Below, in pieces: positions 30,301 to 38,534 of a stretch of 38,534 nucleotides of DNA (position 1 is its first letter; each line of letters begins with the position of its first letter). The position numbers and the translations under genes are program-made. A model generated the notes under the pieces. The model had not been told where the DNA came from, made no database searches, and saw only the letters and a program-made list of their open reading frames with translations. The stretch is from Chrysochromulina tobinii. Lineage: Eukaryota. The stretch covers positions 1 to 38,534 of the forward strand of contig JWZX01002673.1 in NCBI GenBank assembly GCA_001275005.1, given 5' to 3'.

Positions 30301-31462
30301 TCAGGCGGCTGGGGAGACGTACTTGCTCGTAGCTGCTTGGGAGTCGACCAAGGTGCAGTGGCAGCACCTGCTGCGCGTCGATAGGGGGGGCGTCGATAGG
30401 GGGGGCGTCGATACCCGCATGGACGTGGATCCGCGCTACACCCTCTCGTTGCGCCCGTGGCTCGCACAGTTTGCCAGCGGTGAGAGGGAGCAGCGCGCGC
30501 GTGAGAAGAATTGGAGCCCCTTTGTTTGGCGCGGCGAGCTCTTTGTGGAGTATTCTCTCGAGCCCCGCCTGGTCTTGGCTGTGAATCGGGAGACGGGAGA
30601 GGGGACGCCGCTGCTGCCGCTCACGAGCTCCCCCGCGATGCGTGCTTGGGTGGACAAACTCGGCCCCGTGTCGGGCGGCACGCCCGCCGTCGAGCTACGC
30701 GACCTCAACGTCTTCCTGGCTCTGGCGCACGTGAAGCTCTTCAAAAAGAAGGGAGCCCGCACCGCCACCTCCAAGATGATGTACAAGCACTTTTGGTACG
30801 CGTTCGAGGCGCATCCGCCCTTTGCCATTTTGAGCGTCTCGACGCCCTTCACGCTGCCTTCTCAGCTGCCCGAGACGCCCTCGATCCAGTTCGCCACTGG
30901 GCTGCTCTACCGGCCGGCCGAGCGCGACTTGCTTGTCGCGTACGGCGAGATCGACTGCCACTCGAGCATCTCCCGTTTCCCACTGCACGCCACCCTCGAT
31001 GCGACGCTCGGCCGGCGCCGGCTGGGGCCTCCCGTGCCGCTCCTCACGACGCTCGTACTGCTCGGCGCTCCATCGGCGCGTGGCGCTGATGCGGGCGGTG
31101 CCCGGGACGGCGCCATCGGCAGGGGCGCTGGCGCCGTCCCGGGCGCCAGCGAGGGCAGCGACAGACGTACCTTGGATGGCGCCGTCCCGGGCACCTCCGA
31201 TGGCGCCGTCCCGAGCACCTCCGATGGCGCCGTCCCGGGCACCACCAATGGCGCCGTCCCGGGCACCTCCGAGTGGACACCTCTCGACAGGCTGATCCCA
31301 ATCCTCTCTCAATTAGCAAATGCGAGCGGCGCGAGCCCTTCCAATGGTGCCCATGCCAGCCACAATCGTCGGCGCGGCCGTTGGGGCGGCAAGCGAGGCC
31401 GCGCGTCTGACGCGTCGGTCGGGCCGCGCGTGCACGTGCTACTTCGAGTCCGCGTGTGCTGA
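27314..31462 (+). CDS. Large type II membrane/secreted multidomain protein: discoidin/CBM32-like module, beta/gamma-crystallin-like motifs and a five-bladed beta-propeller of the GT91 beta-mannosyltransferase/GH130-like group
   Basis: N-terminal anchor LRIAVASLMSLVLVQM. AVDGNYNTKW...VTSYELVSADD.PSRDP.SWTL.G is F5/8-CBM32-like. VTLFESAAFDGR is crystallin-like. YNPSL, GPEDPR, EKNWSPF, SGGTP and YGEIDC mark the propeller. The coding region probably continues into the 31320-32396 frame. Confidence 0.75.
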   Translation: MARVTLRIAVASLMSLVLVQMSCYWHEQSPPLPTAVVLEPLPLLRPDQDSDPALKPPPQVLNHRNARNTLNRSLRKAWAVTPPSTNPSPPSWPPPSPAAQAAVRPALLHLRRHERAGPRTIAVGARSGLHMVGPTTLLGDLVASRGLIAAYLAARARPMALLTTESHSPLPPLLPPRPGFRSTSCRSPRLAACLLGAASSSAASRKPLASLHTPNGTVSPHARYSTLRLLIHSIAHRTEPLALSTQLAEIRLYEGGRRLSIASAVAIGGDGPADLGAARAVDGNYNTKWADAAVLHGDGNASILELRLHAPARVTSYELVSADDQPSRDPASWTLWGTAAVSTAAAADTTAATADASEWWLLDAQLPYAGRRPGRLSSFGRLPTHGGRAADEAVAFTSWPLCGSPEHLDMPTTAPTLPTTAPNVPTTAPTLPTTAPNVPSPLMLIDELGAASAAPSLGMQTLGTFEGRVAALVPSAAVAAVTLFESAAFDGRRHTLPMTGVPCRLPPSVRPRVRSLRIQLRSDVARLLYPAGAQHGARTDLATGEMQGQATLGRAAAAPTDAAPTGAAPTVAASATPAATARYLDLDEEVPSVADGATALCLGARVSGALLFPQRAYGGSPLILWRRGGQRRGGHARAHADGAPTTAPTAGEVCVHLPRRVQSVRTVGDDGALLLPTDEPADGAALVIRRSFPFATRLEHPTLTLAAASFSSSSSSTTTTATVSSTSSPSSSSSSAASAFESRRIRAVLGSAVVGSAPPAVTVSLKAICLGTSVRSLDVYALARWSGRLESVQGSRGCGGGDDDDDDELEGGTHATHSAHDTTRLIELEVGSVRLRRADDGLDCSSPGILCSSAPRTRDMMLNTTRDREAETLPLHGMLLPFRVPSTAPRGFPPELAAGVHGSFHAYNPSLLARADGSVELVARFSNYNFCQARHTFEANLAAANGALMSYVLRGVLNTTTWQLDERGLEMWSDVNERFPVAQVESVSGPEDPRAIQAAGETYLLVAAWESTKVQWQHLLRVDRGGVDRGGVDTRMDVDPRYTLSLRPWLAQFASGEREQRAREKNWSPFVWRGELFVEYSLEPRLVLAVNRETGEGTPLLPLTSSPAMRAWVDKLGPVSGGTPAVELRDLNVFLALAHVKLFKKKGARTATSKMMYKHFWYAFEAHPPFAILSVSTPFTLPSQLPETPSIQFATGLLYRPAERDLLVAYGEIDCHSSISRFPLHATLDATLGRRRLGPPVPLLTTLVLLGAPSARGADAGGARDGAIGRGAGAVPGASEGSDRRTLDGAVPGTSDGAVPSTSDGAVPGTTNGAVPGTSEWTPLDRLIPILSQLANASGASPSNGAHASHNRRRGRWGGKRGRASDASVGPRVHVLLRVRVC
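28542..28630 (+). repeat. 4x 21-nt coding tandem repeat (PTTAPTL/PTTAPNV) with 42-nt higher-order periodicity
   Basis: TGCCCACCACGGCGCCCACCC and TGCCCACCACGGCGCCCAATG alternate. Confidence 0.95.
31175..31270 (+). repeat. 4x 24-nt coding tandem repeat GATGGCGCCGTCCCGGGCACCTCC (DGAVPGTS)
   Basis: Units start at 31175, 31199, 31223 and 31247. Confidence 0.95.
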
Positions 31463-32396
31463 AGGTTTGGGCGCCGAGACGACGCGCCCGCTCAGCGTCG
31501 TGGGCGCGGGCTACGGCTGCTTGGACTGCGCTTGGTCAATGGCCGAGGTGCGCCGAGATGGTGAGGCGCTCGGAGATTGGGCGGAGCGCATGTACGAGAA
31601 CCTTCGATGCCATGCGTCGCCACCGATGCCTTCGCGCGCGCGCATCATCGCCGACGTGGCGGCGCACCTCGGCGCCCAGCACGACGCCCAGCACGACGCC
31701 CAGCACGGCGCCCAGCACGACGCCCAGCACGGCGCCCAGCCCACAGAGCCGCATGCATTGCCAGGGGCCGGCCGTGGGGTGGCGGCCACCGATGCACTGC
31801 GGCTGGCCATCTGCGCGGCCATCTGTGCGGAGGGCGAGCCGCTCGTGCTCTGCGACTGCGCCTTGGAGCCCCAGGAGATCTCCTTGCCCATCCACACTGT
31901 GGGTGCGGCACTGAGAAGCCGGCTGCGCCACGCGCGCTACAGCCTCATCTTCTACGACGGGACGCCATCGGGGGTGCCCGGTACGGCGCCACCGGAGGTG
32001 ACCGGGACGGCGCCACCAGAGGTGCCCGGTACGGCGCCATCGGAAGTGCCCGGGACGGCGCCCTTCGACGATGCGACGCCCTCGGTGCCCGGGACGGCGC
32101 ACCGAATCAACCTCATCAGGGAGCATGCCCCCTCTGCGGTGCGCGTCAGGCTTCACAGCGGCCCGGCTGTTCACAGCGGCCCGGCTGCGGCAGCCGGCGA
32201 GAGTTGGGCAGCAGGAATGAATGAGAAGGAGTCGCCCTCGAATGAGCTTGACAACGACGACGTGGTGCTCACGCTCACGGAAGCGGTCGCGCGCACACTC
32301 GTCAGTGCAGGGGTGGCAGCGGCAACGCCGGCGGCGGGCTGGTTGATCCCACGGTTGAGAGAGCTTGCGCTTTCGAGAGGTGGGAGTCGTCATTGA
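31463..32396 (+). CDS. Probable 3' continuation of the preceding gene in a +1 frame (intron or frameshift near 31350-31465)
   Basis: Long GC3-rich open frame that overlaps the end of the 1383-aa ORF, carries the same repeat family and has no separate promoter gap. Confidence 0.5.
31674..31740 (+). repeat. 5.5x 12-nt coding tandem repeat GCCCAGCACG(A/G)C (AQHD/AQHG)
   Basis: Read directly from the sequence. Confidence 0.95.
31971..32100 (-). repeat. 4x 24-nt tandem repeat plus one solo copy; reverse complement of the 31175-31270 array (reads VPGTAPxE on the + strand)
   Basis: GAGGTGCCCGGGACGGCGCCATCG-like units start at 31971, 31995, 32019 and 32043, with a solo copy at 32084. Confidence 0.92.
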
Positions 32397-32790
32397 GTCA
32401 CTATGATTTTTCGCTGGTCAGATGTGACATACGTGTTGCAGTGCCCAGCGTGGACCAGAGGTGTCAGTGTGTGTTAAATAATTATTTGTTCTTTCCCCTT
32501 TGCCTGTGAATGCTCGGTGGTCCCCTCCCTAATAAGGACTGGGAAGAGGAATACGCCGCGCGCGCCTCCGGGGCCCGATCAGGAGCGTCAACTACCCGGA
32601 GCTCCCACGCAGCTCTCCATTGTGAATAATATGGCGATAAGTGGGTCCAGGGGTCCTCGAGCTGGTGGATTCTGCATCCATATGTACGCCGGTCCGGTGT
32701 CTTGGTTGGTGTCGAGTTGATAACCATAGCTGTGAATTACCATCGGAGGTTCCAAGTTTGGAAACTCTGGTCACGAGGTCCTTCCCTGTG

Positions 32791-34995
32791 ATGGCGCAGA
32801 GAAAGCCGCCCGCCTCATCTGACAAGGTCGACGACGACGACGACGACCCCTCAGGTTTTGAGGCGGCAGGTTTAGAGCACACGCCCGAACGAGAAGAAAA
32901 CGCTACTTTCCCATCGCTGGAAGTCGAGCATGTGCAGCGACAGCTCGACACACTACGTAGTGCACCTCGCACCCACTGCGCTCGGCCTGATACTGCTCGC
33001 GACCTGGTCGAGCAACTTTGCATACCCTTTGATGATCATGATCTTCTTCAAAGTCTCACGCCAGGGCAGCCTTGTGAGACGCTCGGCATCACCTTCGGAT
33101 CTCTCACCATGGATACTACTGCTGCCACTGCCGCCGCCATCGCAGCAGCTGCTGCCGCCACGGCGGTGGCGGCGGTGGCAGTCGCTGCAGCAGCGGTCAC
33201 TTTCGCGGTCGTCGGAAACGCTGCTGTTGTGGGCCCCACCTCGGCCACCACCGCCACCGCCGCGTCAACGACTCTCTCTCTCACTGCAGCTGCAGTTGGT
33301 GCCATGTCTGCCATGGCGGCGGTCACCACTGCTCTGTTTGAGGTGAATGTTGGAGCAGTGGCTTCCCCCCGATGGATACCGATTCAAAATCGCGCCGTCG
33401 AAGCTGAGCTGCTGATGCTCGGGCGATGGTGCACCATCCTCGAGCCGACCGAGGTCGCAGCTTCGTGCTCCCTACCTGTGGCCGTGGGCGAGGCTTCCGG
33501 CGAGCCGGTGGCCTCAGGCAGCTCAAGCAGAGGGCACAGCTCAAGCAGAGGGCAGTGGATCGCCAGCGCTGGCTCGTCCGTGGCCTACGAGATCGAATCT
33601 CGCCAGTACGTGACCACCGCGAGGGATAACGGCATCCAGCAGGTTCGAAGCGGCGGGCTGCACTTCCCCACAGCGCGGGAGATCCGGGAGATCCGGACCT
33701 CAGCCAATAGCCGCCTCGACGCAGCCAAGCTGGTGACGTCAACACCCTCGCAGCATGAAGCATCCGCTGCCGCGGATGCGCATGAGGGAGTCAGCGTCGT
33801 GTTGGCAGTGGACCCTGCGCGATTACCTCAGCTCTCAGAACGTGTGTCTGCACTCCTGGGCAATCACGAGGATCTCGACGAGGATCTCGGCCTAAATCTC
33901 GGCCGTGAGCTCTCGACGAAGCTGCATTCCACGCAGGGCTCGCCAGTCACAGCGCCGCACGATGACGCGTGGGTCCGCGATGTCTGCGAGCAGATTCGCC
34001 GACGGCGATTTGCCACCATTCGGCTGCCTGCCGCTTACATTGCCGTGTACCAGGAGCTGCTGCGGCCCTCGTCTTACCCAGACCCTATCCGCAACAGTTG
34101 TGGAAGGTCGACGGTCGCACCGGTCGAGCTCCCGGCGGCACTTACGACCCTCAGCGCCATCTGGGCAATCGTGTGCGAGTGCGTCTGTACCCACGTGGCA
34201 CGGGAGTTGAAGCGTCTGGTCCCGACCTCTCTTCCGCCTCCTCGAGCCGAGGTAGCGGCTGCCGGTATGGAGACTGCTCATGGGTTGCTCCGCATCACGT
34301 ACAATTGCACCGGCGGCGCCCACCTCGACAACTCGTTTGTCACCTTGACGGGGACCGGCAATGTCCACGGCGCGCTCGAGTTTGCGATCGAGGATGAGGG
34401 CGCAGAGAGTGGCCTTGCTGGGGGGGCAGAGGGCGGCGAGCTTCCTGGCGCGGCCGGCCGACGCTTTGTAGCATGCGAAGATCTGCTGCGCGCACCGAGG
34501 GAGATTGCAAGGGAGATTGCGAGAGAGGCGCTGCCTCACGCCAGCACGTCGCTGGGGGCGCCTGTTGAGCCCGGGTCCGTCTTCATCATCTTTATCGGCG
34601 TCCAGCTTGGAGGATATCACTCACCGGTCTACCGGCCTTTGATGCATCGCGTCGTACTTCGACCACCCTATAGCCCGTGCTCCTCTTCAGATCGTATCAA
34701 TGCCATCTACTTTCTCAAACGGTTCAGCCCATCCAGCTGCTCGGCGGCGCACTGCAGTGCTGCACCCGTTCGGTCGTCGAGCGAATTCCAACTCATCGTG
34801 CAGCAGCAGTACATGGTGCATCAGCAAATGACCAATGCTGCATGGCCACCACACGGAGGTTCATCCGCCTCTCCAGCTGTTGGCAGGGCAGTGCGAGCGG
34901 TGCCAGACAAGCCTTTCTCGAGTGACGATGAGGACGGAGGCGAGCAGGCAATCGTGCACTTTGATTGGGGCGCTGACGGCCTCGACGCATACTAA
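32791..34995 (+). CDS. Protein with a C-terminal isopenicillin-N-synthase-like 2OG-Fe(II) oxygenase domain, an Ala-rich hydrophobic segment and a possible WWE-like module
   Basis: LLRITY...GAHLDNSFVTL...GALEF...IFIGVQL...YRPLMHRVV...RINAIYF gives the HxD...H...R arrangement. First ATG is at 32791. Confidence 0.75.
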   Translation: MAQRKPPASSDKVDDDDDDPSGFEAAGLEHTPEREENATFPSLEVEHVQRQLDTLRSAPRTHCARPDTARDLVEQLCIPFDDHDLLQSLTPGQPCETLGITFGSLTMDTTAATAAAIAAAAAATAVAAVAVAAAAVTFAVVGNAAVVGPTSATTATAASTTLSLTAAAVGAMSAMAAVTTALFEVNVGAVASPRWIPIQNRAVEAELLMLGRWCTILEPTEVAASCSLPVAVGEASGEPVASGSSSRGHSSSRGQWIASAGSSVAYEIESRQYVTTARDNGIQQVRSGGLHFPTAREIREIRTSANSRLDAAKLVTSTPSQHEASAAADAHEGVSVVLAVDPARLPQLSERVSALLGNHEDLDEDLGLNLGRELSTKLHSTQGSPVTAPHDDAWVRDVCEQIRRRRFATIRLPAAYIAVYQELLRPSSYPDPIRNSCGRSTVAPVELPAALTTLSAIWAIVCECVCTHVARELKRLVPTSLPPPRAEVAAAGMETAHGLLRITYNCTGGAHLDNSFVTLTGTGNVHGALEFAIEDEGAESGLAGGAEGGELPGAAGRRFVACEDLLRAPREIAREIAREALPHASTSLGAPVEPGSVFIIFIGVQLGGYHSPVYRPLMHRVVLRPPYSPCSSSDRINAIYFLKRFSPSSCSAAHCSAAPVRSSSEFQLIVQQQYMVHQQMTNAAWPPHGGSSASPAVGRAVRAVPDKPFSSDDEDGGEQAIVHFDWGADGLDAY

Positions 34996-35720
34996 GTTGT
35001 GGGCGCGTTCAGACTACAGTAGTCTAACGATGTACGTGCCAGCCCCATGATCGCATGTACGGTCACTTCCGGGACATGAGAAACAGGAACTTATCAGACG
35101 TGAGCTCGTTAAGGGATTGAATGTTTAGAATGCCGCGAAACTGGAAGCTCGCCATGGCGCGAGCCTCCAGGTGCAAGCCATGCGGTACAGCTGGAGTCCT
35201 CCCGTCCCAAGGAGGTTTGTCATGAGGTTTGTGGGGGATGCGGCGATTGGCCGGATACGACGGCATCGGCCATCCGTCGCGCGAAATACGATACAAAAAA
35301 TTACAGGCACGGCAGGGCCACCCCCCTTAGCCCTTTTGCCTTTATTTCGATCGACAACCAGACAAAATCGTGAAAGACTAGTAATAACCTCTTTGATCTC
35401 ACGCCGACCAACCAAGCGCCTCGCTACAAGTATTGCGTAGCCATGCGCGTAGCATACACCGCGGTCAATGCATGATGGGCGTCGCCTCCGATCGCGACGC
35501 CCAACCTGAACAGACGAAACGATTCCGACCGGGTGTACACAAGTTACAAGTTTGGGCGAGGGCGCGGTTGGGCCGCGGCCTGCGTTGTCAGCGGCCTTGC
35601 AATTGCCTCCGCAAGTGCCCCCATGTTCACACCAGTGCGGTTGCACTTTCCCTCACACGAAAACCGTCACTAGTAGCAGCCGAACAGCACGTACGGCCAA
35701 AAACCTCTCGACGCCCGCTT

Positions 35721-35800
35721 CCGCGCTTGATGATGTGACGGTCGCCGCGCTTGAAACGGCCGGGCCGCCGCGCTTGTAACGACCGCCGCGCTTGTAACGG
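35721..35800 (+). repeat. Imperfect ~18-nt tandem repeat CCGCCGCGCTTGTAACG (3-4 copies)
   Basis: The CCGCGCTTG core recurs at about 35721, 35745, 35768 and 35786. Confidence 0.8.
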
Positions 35801-35849
35801 CTGCGGCATCGAGAAGCTTCGCCTTGAGGAGATCTCCATACGCCCGCTC

Positions 35850-38534
35850 CTACACGACATGTCTCCCCGCAGAATTTTGGAGGTCTTCAGCTGTGTGTAC
35901 ATTGTGCCACGACGCCGTCGTCGTCGACGCCGCAGCTGACGGCGGCGGCGGTGACGGCGGCAGATTCAAGCGGCCTGATCTGATCCTTGCGGCTGCAGTT
36001 CGAACCGTATCAGCGAGCGTTGGCGCAACACCGGAAATGGAGGCGGATTTGAGCGGCGAGGGAAGCCGCGTCGCATCTGGGATGGTCTCGGTGCTATGCC
36101 GGCGGAGGTACTGTTTCATGATGAGACCCGATAGGGTCGACGCTCGTGCCGCCGCCGGGGGATGCTGACTCCCTCCTACGTGGGCGTGGATGCCCGGGAC
36201 GGCGCCACTGGGATGCTCGCTCTTGGAGCGGCCCGGCAGCTTGTCATCATCAAACTTGGTCGAGCGGCCAAACGATGCCAAACGGCCGAACGTGGACTTG
36301 CGGTCCTGCATCGTCGTGGAGGTGGTGGCGGAGGCGGCCGGCGGCTCCACCTCCTGCTTCTCTACCTCCTCCTCCTTCTCTGCCTCACTCTGCACGGCAG
36401 CGAGCAGATCGGCGGCCCATGCCTGAGTACTCTTGCGCTCGATTCGGTCGTGCTCTCGCGGCTCCACAACCTTCGTCTCCTCCTCAACCTCCTCCTTTCC
36501 ACTCGCGCCGAACTTCTCCTCCTCCTCCTCCTCCTCCTCCTTCTCTGACTTACGATTCGTGCGCCGCAGGCACATGAACAGGGCTGTGACGACGAAGAGA
36601 GCGGCAATTGTTCCACCGACGGCGACGCCAATTATAAGTCCAGTGTTTGATGAGCCAGTGTTTGATGAGACGACCTGCGCTTCGAGCGCGTAGGTTGCAA
36701 CGGGCAAACTGGCGATCGAGGTGACGCTGGCCGTGTAGGAGGGTGTTGTGAGGAAGGCACTCGCCACTGTCGGATTGGCAAGGCGCGAGCTGAGCGCGTT
36801 GACCGTTGCCGCTGCCGCCGCCGCCGACGTGATGATCGTGAAGGTCAGCGTGACTGAGCTGCCTTGCAGCTCCCGGCGTAGCTCGCGCAGCCTCGCCACG
36901 GCCGCGACGTCGAGCCTGACGGCACTGACTTCCACGCCCGCCTCCCTCGCGACGGCGCTGCGCAGCTCAAGACGAATCGTCGGTGTGAAGACGCATTCGT
37001 GTAGCACCCAACGAAGAAGGGCGGATACACTTGCGAATGGTAGTGGACGACCGGCTGCCCATTCGAATCTGGTGTGACGCCGACGTGAGCGCCGCAGACG
37101 TCAAGCACTGGGTAGGTGTTGTTGGCCTCGAAGAAGCCGTAGATGCCACGGTTATCACCCGACGTACCGAGGCGCGTCGAGTGGCCCGAGGCTGCCTGGC
37201 CGCTCAGGCAGTTGGTCAACATCTCGTGAAAGTGGCGCGGGCTGGCGTGGTCGCCGCAAGTGTCGAGCAGCGAGATTGAATTTTCGCTGCACATATTGCG
37301 GATCATGAGCTCGGCCGTGTACGTGTCTATGCCGCCAACGACGGAATTGGTGCCGAGGCAGCTCATGCCGGGCTGGGTAGATGAAAAGCCTGCCTCGAAG
37401 GGGCCATAGATGTTGACTGTGGTAGTACCGGTAGAGGTGCCCGCAATAGTCGATGAGAGCGTCTGTCGGTAAGAGATTGCGGCCGTGTCAACGCATCCGA
37501 GAGAGCCGCGCAGCGCAGGCGCAGATCCGATGCGAGTGGCACTGCCCACATAATTTGAGCCCGTCGGACAAGAGATGAACCCTGCAGCAGCGGGTGGCGG
37601 CGGCGATGGTGATGGTGGTGGCGGCGACGGCGGGGGGACCGTTGTCGGAGAGGGTGGTGGCGGCGGGTCCGTTGTTGGAGAGGGTGGCGGCGGCGATGGT
37701 GACGGCGGCGGCGGCGACGGCGGTGGCGGCGACGGCGGTGGCGGCGACGACGTCGATGTCGATGTCGGCGGCGGCGGCGATGGTGACGGCGGCGGCGGCG
37801 ACGGCGACGGCATCACGCACGTCGCCGTCTCGACGAGGACGCCCTTGACGCATCGAGTCTTGCCGCTCGCGGCGTACCCTGCGTTGCAAGTTGGCGTGCA
37901 CTGATAGCCTGAGTACATCGTCGCCCCCACGATGCAGGATCCGCTCGTCTCATAGGCACCATTGGCGATGGCGGGCAGAGTGCACGTCGAGCTGGCAGAG
38001 AACGTCGTCGACGCGTCGCTCACCCCCGCGGGTACGCCGTTGAGCATGTAGTAGTCCGTCATTCCACAGCAGCGATAGTTCATCTGGTTTTGGGTCGCGC
38101 CGTACCGCGAAGTCGCGCCGAGGAGTGCGGCGGAGCCCTCCGACGCCGTCAGATTGGCTCGGTAGCAGAAGAGCGGCCCGGTGGAGCTGGCCGTGTATCT
38201 CACGCCGCTCGTGCACCGGTCACGGGCGCCGCAGACCGCGTCGAAGACTTGGGTGTGATAGTGGTAGTTGTTGTGCAGATTCAAGCCGTGCTCGTCAACG
38301 TCGGTCGTGACGTCGTGCTTGTGGCCGCCGCACTGGTCGAGCAATGGGGCGCCAAACCCAGGGGCGCTATTCGAGAGATACCGACCGTAGATCAGGTGGC
38401 CGTCGTTGGCAAAGCCGATCACGGGCGGATGGCCGTTGACTCCGCTGCTATAGTTGCTCGTGCCATACAGGCACGTGTGCGTGTCGGCAAACATGTCGCC
38501 GTGCGCGTGGGGCTGGCCGCCACCCTGGCCGACG
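35850..38534 (-). CDS. 5'-partial type I membrane protein: two YHYH domains, a Sushi/CCP module, an SPPPP extensin-like linker, a SEA-like module, a TM helix and a cytoplasmic tail; interrupted by a frame change near 36990 (possible pseudogene)
   Basis: The frame is open to the window end. GHPPVIGFANDGHLIYG..LDQCGGH..YHYH and GHSTRLG..DNRGIYG..LDVCGAH..HYH..PPFFVGCY are YHYH-like. CTLPAIANG...C.PTCNAGY...RC..G...ATC is Sushi-like. LIIGVAVGGTIAALFVVTALFMCLRR is the TM, in the second frame (35850-37007). Confidence 0.75.
37590..37812 (-). repeat. Ser-Pro4 (SPPPP) low-complexity coding repeat
   Basis: GGCGGCGGCGA/GGTGAC-rich tract translating to SPPPPSPSPPPP on the minus strand. Confidence 0.9.

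Noticed and set aside
31175..32100. 24-nt repeat arrays as a CRISPR array
   Set aside because: The units are directly tandem with no unique spacers, lie in eukaryotic coding sequence, and no cas genes are present.

Overview
GC-rich, gene-dense, intron-poor eukaryotic nuclear DNA. It is most consistent with a haptophyte-like alga, an inference from GC-rich codon usage, poly-GGC tracts, short GT-AG introns and a signal-plus-transit-peptide plastid presequence. About 19 protein-coding loci are present, several as head-to-head pairs. In order: a truncated Helitron/Helentron-like ORF, chorismate synthase with one in-frame 90-nt intron, a secreted ~30x tenascin-type EGF protein, a PLD3/4-like protein, a MORN+LRR protein, a plastid-targeted membrane protein, a spliced coiled-coil protein, a GH16 hydrolase, a ubiquitin-like protein, an ankyrin-RING protein, CDC45, a PPR-like/JmjC protein, an SGNH-like protein, GINS PSF2, a Ser/Pro-rich protein, a large multidomain beta-propeller (GT91/GH130-like) protein, a 2OG-Fe(II) oxygenase and a 5'-partial double-YHYH membrane protein. 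The most unusual signal is a short repeat family, consensus GGCGCCGT-NNN-GGGC(A). About 28 copies sit in both orientations inside coding sequence, as in-frame arrays, solo copies and hairpin pairs; nearly all lie at 28.5-32.1 kb and one lies in another gene at 36.2 kb. No rRNA, tRNA or CRISPR array was recognised. All domain calls come from motif recognition by eye, not from database searches.
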